64,000 nucleotides of DNA. Origin: an uncultured Planctomycetota bacterium. Its GTDB lineage: Bacteria; Planctomycetota; PLA2; JAEUHO01. The notes under the pieces were generated by a model. That model was not told the DNA's origin and did no database searches. It was given only the letters and a program-made list of their open reading frames with translations. This document shows positions 1 through 10,536 of this stretch, in pieces (position 1 is the first letter of the stretch; each line of letters begins with the position of its first letter). Position numbers and translations under genes: made by a program. The stretch is from NCBI GenBank assembly GCA_963752285.1, contig CAVVXN010000005.1, forward strand, positions 960,001 to 1,024,000, in the 5' to 3' direction.

Positions 1-1060
<1,060 letters not shown>

Positions 1061-1184
1061 GGGTCTCCGAGACGGGGGTCGCCGCGACCGCCCCGTGGCG
1101 GCGGCGAAGGCCTGGGGGTAGGAGGTCTTCTCGCCCGGGAGGGGTCCGTCCCCCCACCGGGCGCGTCGGCACCACCCCGTGTCC

Positions 1185-1880
1185 TCAGGCCGGCGGACTC
1201 GGGGGCGGCGCGACAGGAATCCTCGATCGTACATGGGCGAGGACCGCCGCGAGAACCTCGTCGGGGGTCATCCCGGTCGTGTCGAGACGGAAGGCGCCCT
1301 CCGCCGGGACCAGCGGCGCGACCGGCCGCTCCCGGTCCCGGCGGTCCCGGGCCTCGAGCGCGTCTCCGACGTCCCGAACGGCCGCGGGTTCCTCCGGGGC
1401 ACCGGGCCGTTCCTGCGCCAGCCGCCGTCTCGCCCGGACGGGGAGCCCCGCGTCGAGGAACACCTTCGCCACGGCGTCGGGGAAGACGACGGTCCCGATG
1501 TCGCGGCCCTCGACCACGGCCCGGCCGGCCCCGAGGGCCACCGCGCGCTGGATGCGCCCCACGATCGCGCGGACCGCCGGCGCGGCGGCCACCTCGGCGA
1601 CCCGGCTCGTGACGTCGCCCTCTCGGATCCGGCGCGTCACGTCCCGGCCGTCCAGGGTGACCACGCCCTCGTCGGACAGCTCGACGCGGATCGCCGAGGC
1701 GAGGCGCCCGAGGGCCGCCTCGTCCGCGGACGGGACCCCGCGCTCGAGGGCCGCGAGGGCCACGGCGCGGTAGAGGGCGCCCGAGTCCACGAAGCGCGCG
1801 CCGAGCGCCTCGGCGAGGCGACGGGCCAGGGTGGTCTTGCCGACGCCCGCCGGTCCGTCGATGGCCACCACCCAGCCCAA
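1185..1880 (-). CDS. cmk: cytidylate kinase
   Basis: VAIDGPAGVGKTT P-loop, DSGALYR, VVEGRDIGTVVFPDA, RDRRDRER.APL motifs; cmk-rpsA synteny. Confidence 0.96.
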   Translation of the reverse strand: MGWVVAIDGPAGVGKTTLARRLAEALGARFVDSGALYRAVALAALERGVPSADEAALGRLASAIRVELSDEGVVTLDGRDVTRRIREGDVTSRVAEVAAAPAVRAIVGRIQRAVALGAGRAVVEGRDIGTVVFPDAVAKVFLDAGLPVRARRRLAQERPGAPEEPAAVRDVGDALEARDRRDRERPVAPLVPAEGAFRLDTTGMTPDEVLAAVLAHVRSRIPVAPPPSPPA

Positions 1881-1881
1881 C

Positions 1882-2877
1882 TCAGCCCGCCCGTGCGCGT
1901 TTCGCGAAGGCCCAGGCGTCCGCCACGATGCGGTCGAGGTCGCTCGCGACCGGCGTCCACCCGAGCTCGGCCCTGGCGCGGCGCGGCTCGGCGACGAGCG
2001 ACGGGGGGTCGCCCTGGCGCCGCGCGCCGCGCACGTGGGGCACCTCGCGGCCGGTCACGACCCGGACCGCGGCGAGGACCTCCGCGACGGACGCGCCACG
2101 GCCGGTCCCGAGGTTCCACGCGCCGCCGCTCCCCCCCGACTCGAGTCGGTCGAGCGCGAGCACGTGGGCGGTCGCCAGGTCCGAGACGTGGACGTAGTCG
2201 CGCACGCACGTGCCGTCCGGCGTTTCGTAGTCGTAGCCGAACACGGTGAGCGGGCCCTCGCCGAGCGCCGCCGAGAGCGCGAGCGGGATCAGGTGCGTCT
2301 CCGGGTCGTGACGCTCGCCCAGCCCGTGTTCGGGCTCCGCGCCCGCGGCGTTGAAGTACCGCAGGGCCGCCGTCGGGACACCCGTCGCGAAGAGCGCGTC
2401 CTCGCACGCGACCTTCGACCGGCCGTACGGGTTGATCGGACGGCGCGGGTGGTCCTCCGGGATCGGGACGCGCGCGGGGGTCCCGTACACGGCGCAGGTG
2501 GACGAGAACACGAACGCCCGCACGCCCTCCGCGGCCGCCACGCTCGCGAGCACCTCGGTCTTGCCGCGGTTCCAGCGGTCGTAGAGGTCCGGATCGCGCA
2601 TCGACTCGCCGACCAGCGCCTTCGCCGCGAAGTGCACGACCGCCCCCACGTCGTGGTCCCGGACGACCGAGCGGACCGTCTCCGCGTCCCCCACGTCTCC
2701 CGGAACGAACCGGCCCCACTGAAGGTGCTCCCGGTGCCCCGTGGACAGGTCGTCGAGCACGACCACGTCCCGGCCTTCCTCGACGAGCCGGCGCACGACC
2801 GGCGGCCCGACGTATCCGGCCCCGCCCGTGACGAGCACCCCGCGTCGGGACGAGCTCCGCGTGTCGCCGGGGCTCAT
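1882..2877 (-). CDS. galE: UDP-glucose 4-epimerase
   Basis: C-terminal part of ORF 1882..4566, from ATG 2877: VLVTGGAGYVG, FSSTCAVYG, YGRSK, LRYFNAAGA, DGTCVRDYVHV. Confidence 0.93.
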   Translation of the reverse strand: MSPGDTRSSSRRGVLVTGGAGYVGPPVVRRLVEEGRDVVVLDDLSTGHREHLQWGRFVPGDVGDAETVRSVVRDHDVGAVVHFAAKALVGESMRDPDLYDRWNRGKTEVLASVAAAEGVRAFVFSSTCAVYGTPARVPIPEDHPRRPINPYGRSKVACEDALFATGVPTAALRYFNAAGAEPEHGLGERHDPETHLIPLALSAALGEGPLTVFGYDYETPDGTCVRDYVHVSDLATAHVLALDRLESGGSGGAWNLGTGRGASVAEVLAAVRVVTGREVPHVRGARRQGDPPSLVAEPRRARAELGWTPVASDLDRIVADAWAFAKRARAG

Positions 2878-4622
2878 CCGCCTCCGCCGGTCCGGGCGTC
2901 CCGAAGCGCCTTCACCCAGGCGTCCCACCACGTCTTCACGGCGCCGCGCATCCGGGGCAGGGTGTCGTCCTTCGCCAGATCGTCGTCCGCGATGCGCGGG
3001 AACTTCGCCCAGATCGACGTGGCGGGCGCCTCGGGCCCCTCGCGCTCCGCCCGGTGACGCATCACGCGGTACGCCGCGCGCGCGATGTCGGGCGAGGTGT
3101 CCATCGCGTCCTCGATGAGGTAGATCTCGGGGTACTCCTCGCCCTGGGTGTCGAGGTCGAGGATGCCCTTCAGCCGCTGGTGGATCCCGTCCGGGGCGGC
3201 GAGCCAGACCTGCCACGCCGCGCGCATGGCGGCGACGTCGGGCGCGGCGACCCAGACGTCGGGCCCGCCGCGCTCGTCGAGGCGGCCCGTGATCCCGATG
3301 AGCGCGGCGCGGGCCGCGTTCATCTCCTTCGTCTGCCCGGCGTCGGGCGGGTCGCCGAGCTTCGGCCCGAGGAAGTATCCGAGCAGGTAGATCACGCCGG
3401 AGGGCGTCTTGATCTCGCCGAGGGTCTCCGCCGCGAGCACGCGCACGTCCACGTCCGGATCGAGGAGGCCGCGGGCCACGATCTGCGCGAGGGCCGGGTT
3501 CTCGAGCCGACCCATGATCCGGAGCAGCCACTTGCGGCACGTCGGGTCGGGCTCGATCTCGGGGATCACGCGGCGCACGAGCGCGGCCGGGACCATCGGG
3601 ATCTTCGCGTCGTAGTACTCCTGGAGCGCCGCGCGACGCCGGGACGCGTCGGAGGCGTCCTGGCAGCGCTCGACGAGCTCCGCGAACGGGTCGCGCTGCC
3701 AGGTCTCGTCGTCCGGCGTCGCGGGCGCCGGCTCGCCGGGACGCTCGCCGGCCTGGAGGCGCCTCAGGAAGTCCTCCCACGCCGCGCGGCGCGGGTCGTC
3801 CTTGGGGAGCAGCGGCAGCGCCCGATCGAGGGCGCTCTGGAGCCCCTTCCAGTCGTGGAGCGCGTAGTAGGCCGCGACGAGGTGCTCGGCCGGCCCGAGG
3901 TCCTTCGGCTGCAGGCGCGCGAGGCTCTCGAACTCGTGGACGGCCTCCTTCAGGTCGCCGGTCAGCTGCGCCGCGCAGGCGTACAGCCAGCGCACGCGGG
4001 GATCGTCCGGCTGCCGGCCGCGGAGGAGGCGGAGCTCGCTGAGCGCGCCCGTCCAGTCCTGCTTCTGCATCCGGAGGACCGCGATGTGGTACCGGATCTC
4101 GAGGTCGCCGGGGTTCGCCGCGAGCAGGCCCTCGAGCGCGCGGAGGGCGCCGTCCCAGTCCTTGGCCTTCGACTTCACGTCGGCGAGGAGCTTCAACGCC
4201 TCGGGCTCCCGCGGGCTGGCGGCGAGGACCGCGGCGAGGTCCTCCTCCGCGGCCGGGCCCTGGCCGCGTTCGTTCTCCAGGATCGCGAGTCGGAGCCGCG
4301 CGAACCAGAAGCGGGGCTCGAGGCGGAGGGCCTCCCTCAGGTGACGCTCGGCCTCTTTCGGGTCGCCGTCGTAGTAGAGGGCGCGACCGAGGAGGAAGTG
4401 GTTCAACGCGCTCGGCTGGCGGTCGAGGCGGCTCGCGTACGTGCCGACCACCTGTCGCGTCGTGCCCCGGCGGCGCGCGGTGTCGAGAAGCCGCGTCTCC
4501 TCCTCGATCTCCTGCCGCGCCTGGGTCTCCCAGGGCTCCTCGGCCCGCGCGGCGCGCGCGGGCCACGCGGCGAGGAGGAGACCGAGCAGGAGGACCGGCT
4601 GGAGACGACGGATCACGCGCAT
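2874..4622 (-). CDS. exported TPR + HEAT repeat protein (paralog B)
   Basis: Signal-peptide-like N-terminus (LLLGLLLAAWPARAARA), TPR helices (FLLGRALYYDGDPKEAERHLREALRLEP), HEAT motif (LLDPDVDVRVLAAETLGEI); 4-nt overlap with galE. Confidence 0.85.
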   Translation of the reverse strand: MRVIRRLQPVLLLGLLLAAWPARAARAEEPWETQARQEIEEETRLLDTARRRGTTRQVVGTYASRLDRQPSALNHFLLGRALYYDGDPKEAERHLREALRLEPRFWFARLRLAILENERGQGPAAEEDLAAVLAASPREPEALKLLADVKSKAKDWDGALRALEGLLAANPGDLEIRYHIAVLRMQKQDWTGALSELRLLRGRQPDDPRVRWLYACAAQLTGDLKEAVHEFESLARLQPKDLGPAEHLVAAYYALHDWKGLQSALDRALPLLPKDDPRRAAWEDFLRRLQAGERPGEPAPATPDDETWQRDPFAELVERCQDASDASRRRAALQEYYDAKIPMVPAALVRRVIPEIEPDPTCRKWLLRIMGRLENPALAQIVARGLLDPDVDVRVLAAETLGEIKTPSGVIYLLGYFLGPKLGDPPDAGQTKEMNAARAALIGITGRLDERGGPDVWVAAPDVAAMRAAWQVWLAAPDGIHQRLKGILDLDTQGEEYPEIYLIEDAMDTSPDIARAAYRVMRHRAEREGPEAPATSIWAKFPRIADDDLAKDDTLPRMRGAVKTWWDAWVKALRDARTGGGG

Positions 4623-4644
4623 GGTCCCACCCTCGCGTCGAGCC

Positions 4645-6402
4645 TCACGGCCTCTGGCCGAGCCACGCGTCGAGGGCCGGCTTCGCGGCGAGGATCGCGT
4701 CCGCCTTGGCCCCGTGGGCGGGCGGGGCGGGACACGCGGCGAGCCACGTCCGGCGTGCGGCGCCGAGCAGCGCGTGGCCGCCGGGCTCTCCGCGCTGCGC
4801 GTCGTCCTGCTGGACGAGCCGCTTCGCCATCTCCGACATCGCGGTCCACGCCGCCCCGACGACGAACGCGTCGGTGTCCGCGAGGTACGGGAGGAGCACG
4901 CTCTCGGGGTCGAGGTCGCCGATCTCGGGGAACCGCTCGAGCGCCTGCACCTTCGCCTCGGCGCCGCCCGATCCGCTCCACCACGCCCGGAACGCCGCGC
5001 GCCGCGCGCCCTCGTCCGCGTCGTCGGGAACGGGCCACTGCGCCTTCGTCAGCTCCTGGATGCCGGCGCGCGCGGCGGAGGCGAGCCCCGCGTCGTCCCC
5101 GTCGGCGACGAGGCCCAGCGCGAGCACCGCGGCGCCGTGCGCGGCGGGACGCGTGCGCGCGAGGTCCACGAGCACGTCGGCCGCGATCGGGCGCACCTCC
5201 GGCGAGGGGTCGCGGAGCGAGTGGCGCACGAGGCCCACGAGCCCGAAGCCCCCGAACCGCCCGAGGATGCGGAGCGCGTACATGCGCGCCTCCGGGACGG
5301 GCTCCGTCTTCGGGGCCAGGCGGGCGATCACGGCCGTGAGGAGGTCCACTTCGGGTGCGTCGTCCCGCGCGTAGACGTACCGCAGCACCTGGAGGCGCCT
5401 GTCGGTCTCGAGGTTCGGCAGGATGACCGCCATCTGCGCGTCGGTCGGCGGCCCGTCCGTCTCGGCGCCGGAGGCCGAGATCGCCTGCTGCTTCCGGACC
5501 TCCTCGAGCGCGGCGGCGATCTGTTTCTTGCGTGCCGGGTCGCGCTCGAGGCGCGAGAGGCCCTCGAGCGCCCAGATGTAGCCCTCGAAGTCCACGACGT
5601 GCTGCTTCTCGCGCTGCTCGTCGAGACACCGGAGGAAGCCCGCGAGGTACGAGGCCTGGGCCGGGTCGGCCAGCGAGAGGCGGCGGTACGCTTCGCGCGC
5701 GTCGTCGTAGCGGCCGCGGCGCGTCCACACCTCCGCCCGGAGCGACTGGAAGGCCGGGTTGTTCGGCTCGCCCTGGAGGAGGGTGGCGACCTCCTTCTCC
5801 GCCTCGTCCAGGTGGTCCGTCTGGAGCAGCGCCTGGACCAGGTAGAAGCGCGCCTGGAGGTCCGAGGGGTCGCCGCCCACGATGCGCTCGAGGTACGAGA
5901 GCGCCTCCGCCGGCTTGTCTTCACGCAGCATGAGCATCGCGAGCTTTCGCTGCGCGGTGAGATAGCCCGGGTTCATCTGGATCGCTTGCCTCAGGTTGCG
6001 CTCCGCGGCCGCGGTGTCGGCCGGTTCCTGCTGCAGGTCGAGCATCGCGAGGTCTTGCGGCGCGAAGTAGCAGCGCGGCGCGAGGCGGAGGACCTCCGCG
6101 TACGTCCGACGCGCGGAGGCCACGTCGCCGGCGATCGCGTACGCGCGGGCCAGCAGGTACGTGCGCACGACCTTCTGGGCGCCGTCGGAGGGCCGGCCGG
6201 CGAGGAGCTTCGCGTCGCGCAGGATCGAGTCGGGCTGCCGCTGCTTCCGCTCGCGCTCCTGGCGCTCGATGCCCTGCTGGATGCCCTCTTCCCACGCCTC
6301 GCCGAGACCCGTGTCGGCCCGCGCCGGCACGACCGGCGCGAGCAGCGCGATCAGGACGAGGACGGCGAGGGCGGCGTGAGACCTGTGGCGCGAACGACGC
6401 AT
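4645..6402 (-). CDS. exported TPR + HEAT repeat protein (paralog A)
   Basis: Signal peptide (ALAVLVLIALLAPVVPARA-D), TPR repeats (YLLARAYAIAGDVASARRTYAEVLRLAP), HEAT motif (LRDPSPEVRPIAADVLVDL). Confidence 0.85.
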   Translation of the reverse strand: MRRSRHRSHAALAVLVLIALLAPVVPARADTGLGEAWEEGIQQGIERQERERKQRQPDSILRDAKLLAGRPSDGAQKVVRTYLLARAYAIAGDVASARRTYAEVLRLAPRCYFAPQDLAMLDLQQEPADTAAAERNLRQAIQMNPGYLTAQRKLAMLMLREDKPAEALSYLERIVGGDPSDLQARFYLVQALLQTDHLDEAEKEVATLLQGEPNNPAFQSLRAEVWTRRGRYDDAREAYRRLSLADPAQASYLAGFLRCLDEQREKQHVVDFEGYIWALEGLSRLERDPARKKQIAAALEEVRKQQAISASGAETDGPPTDAQMAVILPNLETDRRLQVLRYVYARDDAPEVDLLTAVIARLAPKTEPVPEARMYALRILGRFGGFGLVGLVRHSLRDPSPEVRPIAADVLVDLARTRPAAHGAAVLALGLVADGDDAGLASAARAGIQELTKAQWPVPDDADEGARRAAFRAWWSGSGGAEAKVQALERFPEIGDLDPESVLLPYLADTDAFVVGAAWTAMSEMAKRLVQQDDAQRGEPGGHALLGAARRTWLAACPAPPAHGAKADAILAAKPALDAWLGQRP

Positions 6403-6490
6403 GCCCGGCGATCCCTCCGGCGACGCGAAGGCGGGACATGCTACTAATGGGCGGAGCGCCCCGGGTTCGAAACCCGGCCGGTCCGCACCG

Positions 6491-7789
6491 CTACGCCGAA
6501 TCGGCGAGCGCCCGCCAGAATCCGGGGAGGGACTTGCCCACCGCGTCCGCGCCGCGGACCACCACCCCGCCGACGACCGCGCCGAGCGCGCCGAACGCGA
6601 GCGCGATGCGGTGGTCGCCGGCCGCGTCCACGACGCCGGACGAGAGGGGACCGCCCCGGACGACGAGGCCGTCCTCGGTCGGCTCCGCGGTCCCGCCGAG
6701 CGCGGTGATGGCCGCGGCCGTCGTGCGGCGGCGGTCCGACTCCTTGTGTCGCGCGTGCGCCACGCCGACGACGCGCGTCGTGCCCCGCGCCGTGGCCGCG
6801 AGCGCGCCCACGATCGGGAGCAGGTCGGGACGGTCGCCGAGGTCGATCGTGCCCGGCGCGTCGAGCGCGCCCGTGCCGGTCACCTCGATCTCGCCGCCGG
6901 CCGTCGTCTCGACGCGCGCGCCCATGCGGACGAGGAGCTCAGCCAGCGCGACGTCGGCCTGACGCGAGTCCGCGGGCAGACCCTCCACGACCACCGAGCC
7001 TCCCGTCCACGCGGCGAGCGCCCACCACACGACGGCGGACGACGCGTCGGCCTCGATCGCGATCCGCGCGGCGCGCGGCGCCTGCGACCCCACTTCGACG
7101 ACGCCGCCCGAGCCGTCGAGACCCGACGCCTCGACCTCGACGCCGAAGCGCCGAAGGAGTTCGATCGTCAGCTCGAGGTACGGCCGCGAGACCGGCCGGT
7201 CGAGGAGACGGAGAGAGACGCCGCCGATGCGGGGCGCCACGAGGAGGAGCGCCGAGACGAACTGGCTCGAGACGTCGGCGCAAAGGTCGAGCGCGCCGCC
7301 GCGAACGCCGCCCGCGACCACCCGCATCGCGCCGCTCCACCTCCGCACCACGTGCGCACCGAGCTTCGTGAGCGCGCGGCGGAGCGGTCGGTGCGGCCGG
7401 CGCAGCAGCGCCGGACGGCCCGTGACCAGCGTTCGCGCGCCGGGAGGCCGGAGGGTCGCGAGCGCCGTCGTGAAGCGGAACCCGGTCGCGCCGAGTCCGA
7501 GGTCGAGACGCATCCGCTCGCGCGAGCGACCGAGCGCGCCGTCCTGCCACGACCCGATCGTCCCGAGCGCGCGCGCGAGCCGGAGGACGTCCTCGCCGAC
7601 GGGCTCCGGTCCCGCGTCCACGACGACCGGGTCGTCGGCGAGTGCCGAGAGCGCGAGCGCCCGCTGATGGAGCGACTTCGACGCCGGTACGCGTCTTCGG
7701 CCCCCCACCGGGCCCCGCGCGCGCTCGACCGTCACCTCCACGAACGTGCCCCCGTCTCCCCCGCCGCCCGCCGCGTCACGCGGCGCCAC
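6491..7789 (-). CDS. aroA: 3-phosphoshikimate 1-carboxyvinyltransferase (EPSP synthase); exact start uncertain
   Basis: PASKSLHQRAL, SSQFVSALL, SRPYLELT, EADASSA, PDLLP, RHKESDR, DHRIALAF, KSLPGFW. Confidence 0.93.
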   Translation of the reverse strand: MAPRDAAGGGGDGGTFVEVTVERARGPVGGRRRVPASKSLHQRALALSALADDPVVVDAGPEPVGEDVLRLARALGTIGSWQDGALGRSRERMRLDLGLGATGFRFTTALATLRPPGARTLVTGRPALLRRPHRPLRRALTKLGAHVVRRWSGAMRVVAGGVRGGALDLCADVSSQFVSALLLVAPRIGGVSLRLLDRPVSRPYLELTIELLRRFGVEVEASGLDGSGGVVEVGSQAPRAARIAIEADASSAVVWWALAAWTGGSVVVEGLPADSRQADVALAELLVRMGARVETTAGGEIEVTGTGALDAPGTIDLGDRPDLLPIVGALAATARGTTRVVGVAHARHKESDRRRTTAAAITALGGTAEPTEDGLVVRGGPLSSGVVDAAGDHRIALAFGALGAVVGGVVVRGADAVGKSLPGFWRALADSA

Positions 7790-7866
7790 GCCGCCCCCGG
7801 GACGCGTGACTGCACGGCCGGGGACGGAGGCGGTATCATCCGCGCCTTCCCCGGGAGGAGCCGCAC

Positions 7867-8763
7867 ATGCCGCAGACCATCCTGGCCACCGAGCTCGCGG
7901 GGTTGAAGCTGCTCCACCGGGGGAAGGTACGCGACCTCTACGAGGTGGGCGAGCACCTCCTCATCGTCGCCACGGACCGGGTCAGCGCCTACGACGTGGT
8001 CCTCTCGCCCGGCATCCCCGACAAGGGCCGCGTCCTGACCAGTCTCTCCCGCTTCTGGTTCGAGACCTTGGAGGACGTCGTCCCCCACCACCTGGTCACC
8101 ACGGACGTCCCCGAGATGCCCGCCTCCACCCATCCGCACGCGTCCGTCCTCGCCGGACGGAGCATGCTCGTCCGCCGGCTTCGGATGTTCCCGGTCGAGT
8201 GCGTCGTGCGCGGCTACCTCACGGGGAGCGGCTGGCGGGACTACAAGCGCACGGGCGCCGTGTGCGGGCACCTCCTCCCCGCGTCCCTTCCCGAGAGCGC
8301 GCGGCTCGACCCGCCGCTCTTCACGCCCGCCACGAAGGCGACGACGGGCCACGACGAGAACATCGACGAGAATCGCATGGCCTCGATCGTCGGGCGCGAG
8401 ACCACGGACCGGCTCCGCGAGCTCTCGATCTCGATCTACGAGAAGGCGCGCGACCTCGCCGCGGCGCGGGGCATCCTGATCGCCGACACGAAGATGGAGT
8501 TCGGCGTGGACGCGCAGGGCCGCATCGTGCTGGGCGACGAGGTGCTCACCCCGGACTCCTCGCGCTTCTGGGACGCGACGCTCTACCAGGAGGGGCGCTC
8601 GCAGAAGCCCCTCGACAAGCAGCTCGTCCGCGACTGGCTCGACCGCCAGGGGTGGGACCACACCCCGCCCGCGCCGGCGCTTCCGGGTGACGTCGTCGCA
8701 CGCACCTCGGCCACGTACCGTGAGATCCACGAACGCCTCACCGGTCGTTCTCTGGGAGCCTGA
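7867..8763 (+). CDS. purC: SAICAR synthase
   Basis: GKVRDLYE, TDRVSAYD, ECVVRGYLTGSGW, ADTKMEFG, DEVLTPDSSRFW, DKQLVRDWL; GGAGG RBS. Confidence 0.97.
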   Translation: MPQTILATELAGLKLLHRGKVRDLYEVGEHLLIVATDRVSAYDVVLSPGIPDKGRVLTSLSRFWFETLEDVVPHHLVTTDVPEMPASTHPHASVLAGRSMLVRRLRMFPVECVVRGYLTGSGWRDYKRTGAVCGHLLPASLPESARLDPPLFTPATKATTGHDENIDENRMASIVGRETTDRLRELSISIYEKARDLAAARGILIADTKMEFGVDAQGRIVLGDEVLTPDSSRFWDATLYQEGRSQKPLDKQLVRDWLDRQGWDHTPPAPALPGDVVARTSATYREIHERLTGRSLGA

Positions 8764-8764
8764 C

Positions 8765-9370
8765 ATGTCGCGTCGCAGCGGTCACCGCCACCGGCCGCAT
8801 CCGCCGGAGACGCGCGTCCCCGCCCCCACGGAGCCGACGGGCGACGTCGAGGTGGATCTGCGTCGGCCCCTCGTGGGCGTCGTGATGGGCTCGGAGACGG
8901 ATCTGCCCGTCGTGCAGGTGTGTCTCGAGACGCTCGAGGACTTCGACATCCCGTACGAGGTGCGCATCCTCTCCGCGCACCGGACGCCCGAGCAGGCGCA
9001 CAGCTACGCGAGCACCGCCCGTCTGAACGGCCTGAAGGTCGTCATCGCCGCGTCGGGCGGCGCCGCGCACCTCGCCGGCGTGATGGCGAGCCTCACGACG
9101 ATCCCCGTGATCGGCATCCCCGTGCCCACCTCCTCGCTCGGCGGCGCGGACTCGCTCTACTCGACCGTCCAGATGCCGGCGGGCGTGCCCGTCGCGACCG
9201 TCTCGATCGGCGCCGACGGCGCCAAGAACGCCGCCCTCCTCGCCGCCGAGATCCTCGCGCTCTCCGACGAGGTGCTCCACGACCGGCTCCAGGGATTCCG
9301 CGCCGCCCTGCGCCGCTCGGTCGCGCAGACGAACGACGCGCTCCGCGAGCGGCTCGCGGGTCCGCGTTGA
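8765..9370 (+). CDS. purE: N5-CAIR mutase (class I PurE)
   Basis: VGVVMGSETD, SAHRTPE, GGAAHLAG, PVIGIP, STVQMPAGVPVATV, NAALLA; ATG immediately after the purC stop. Confidence 0.95.
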   Translation: MSRRSGHRHRPHPPETRVPAPTEPTGDVEVDLRRPLVGVVMGSETDLPVVQVCLETLEDFDIPYEVRILSAHRTPEQAHSYASTARLNGLKVVIAASGGAAHLAGVMASLTTIPVIGIPVPTSSLGGADSLYSTVQMPAGVPVATVSIGADGAKNAALLAAEILALSDEVLHDRLQGFRAALRRSVAQTNDALRERLAGPR

Positions 9371-10485
9371 CGGAAGGGACGGGCGACCTCCCGGAGCCCC
9401 CCGTCCGCGCGCTCGCGTGGATGGGCGACGACGCCTCCGGACACCTGCGGCTCCTCGACCAGACCCGTCTGCCCGCCGAGGAAGTCTGGCTCGACCGCGA
9501 CGACGACGAGGCGGTCGTGGACGACATCCGCCGCCTCGCGGTACGCGGCGCGCCCGCCATCGGGGTCGCGGGCGCCTACGCGCTCGTCCTGGCCGCGCGA
9601 CGCGGCCTCCGGGACGACTCCGACGCCCCGCGCTTCCGCGCACGCCTCCTCGAGCGCGCGGGACGCGTGGCCAGCGCGCGTCCGACGGCCGTCAACCTCT
9701 CCCGCGCGGTGGACGAGGTCCTCGCCGAAGCGCGGGCGCTGGAGCGGCCGCCCACGGAGGTGCCGGAGGCCGTGCTCGCCGCCGCCCGACGCCTGGAGCG
9801 CGGCGAGGCGGAGGCGTCGGCCGCGATCGCGCGCCACGGCGCCCGGTGGCTCGCGGGGCGTAGCCGCGTCCTCACGCACTGCAACGCCGGGGCGCTCGTG
9901 ACGCCCGGCCTCGGCACGGCGCTCGCTCCGCTCTACCTGCTCCACGCGCGGGGCGAACGCGTGTTCGTGTGGGTGGACGAGACGCGCCCGCTGCTCCAGG
10001 GGCTCCGACTCACGGCCTGGGAGCTTCGCCGCGCGGGCATCGACCACCGGGTGCTCGTGGACGGCGCCGCCGCGACGCTGCTCGGCCGCGGCGAGGTGGA
10101 CGCGGTGCTCGTGGGCGCGGACCGTGTTTGTCGAAACGGCGATGTCGTGAACAAGGTCGGCACGTACCCGCTGGCCCTGGCCGCGCGGCGTCACGGGGTC
10201 CCGTTCGGGGTCGCCGCGCCGATCTCCACCCTCGACCCCCTTACGGCGTCGGGCGCCGACGTCGAGATCGAGGAGCGGCCCGGGGACGAGGCCGTGTATC
10301 TCGGCTCCGGGACCGCGCCCGCGGGGGTCCGATCCTTCGCGCCGGCCTTCGACGTGACGCCGGCCGACCTCGTGTCGGCGCTCGTGACCGACCGGGGCGT
10401 CCTCGAGGCGCCCTCCGGACCCGCCCTCGGCGCCTGGATGGAGGCGGCCCGCCACCTTCAGTCCCCGCCCCGGGGAGGCCGATAG
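9367..10485 (+). CDS. mtnA: S-methyl-5-thioribose-1-phosphate isomerase
   Basis: LLDQTRLP, VRGAPAIG, RPTAVNL, THCNAGAL, DETRPLLQG, NKVGTY, PAFDVTP; TTG start overlapping the purE stop. Confidence 0.94.
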   Translation: MTEGTGDLPEPPVRALAWMGDDASGHLRLLDQTRLPAEEVWLDRDDDEAVVDDIRRLAVRGAPAIGVAGAYALVLAARRGLRDDSDAPRFRARLLERAGRVASARPTAVNLSRAVDEVLAEARALERPPTEVPEAVLAAARRLERGEAEASAAIARHGARWLAGRSRVLTHCNAGALVTPGLGTALAPLYLLHARGERVFVWVDETRPLLQGLRLTAWELRRAGIDHRVLVDGAAATLLGRGEVDAVLVGADRVCRNGDVVNKVGTYPLALAARRHGVPFGVAAPISTLDPLTASGADVEIEERPGDEAVYLGSGTAPAGVRSFAPAFDVTPADLVSALVTDRGVLEAPSGPALGAWMEAARHLQSPPRGGR

Positions 10486-10536
10486 GGCCCCCAAAAGAGC
10501 CGGAAGGGTCCGGCCGTCTCCACGGGTGGAAGCTCC

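Noticed and set aside
6461..6477. tRNA T-arm-like hairpin CCGGG-TTCGAAA-CCCGG
   Set aside because: No D-arm, anticodon arm, matching acceptor stem or CCA around it; more likely a simple stem-loop after aroA.
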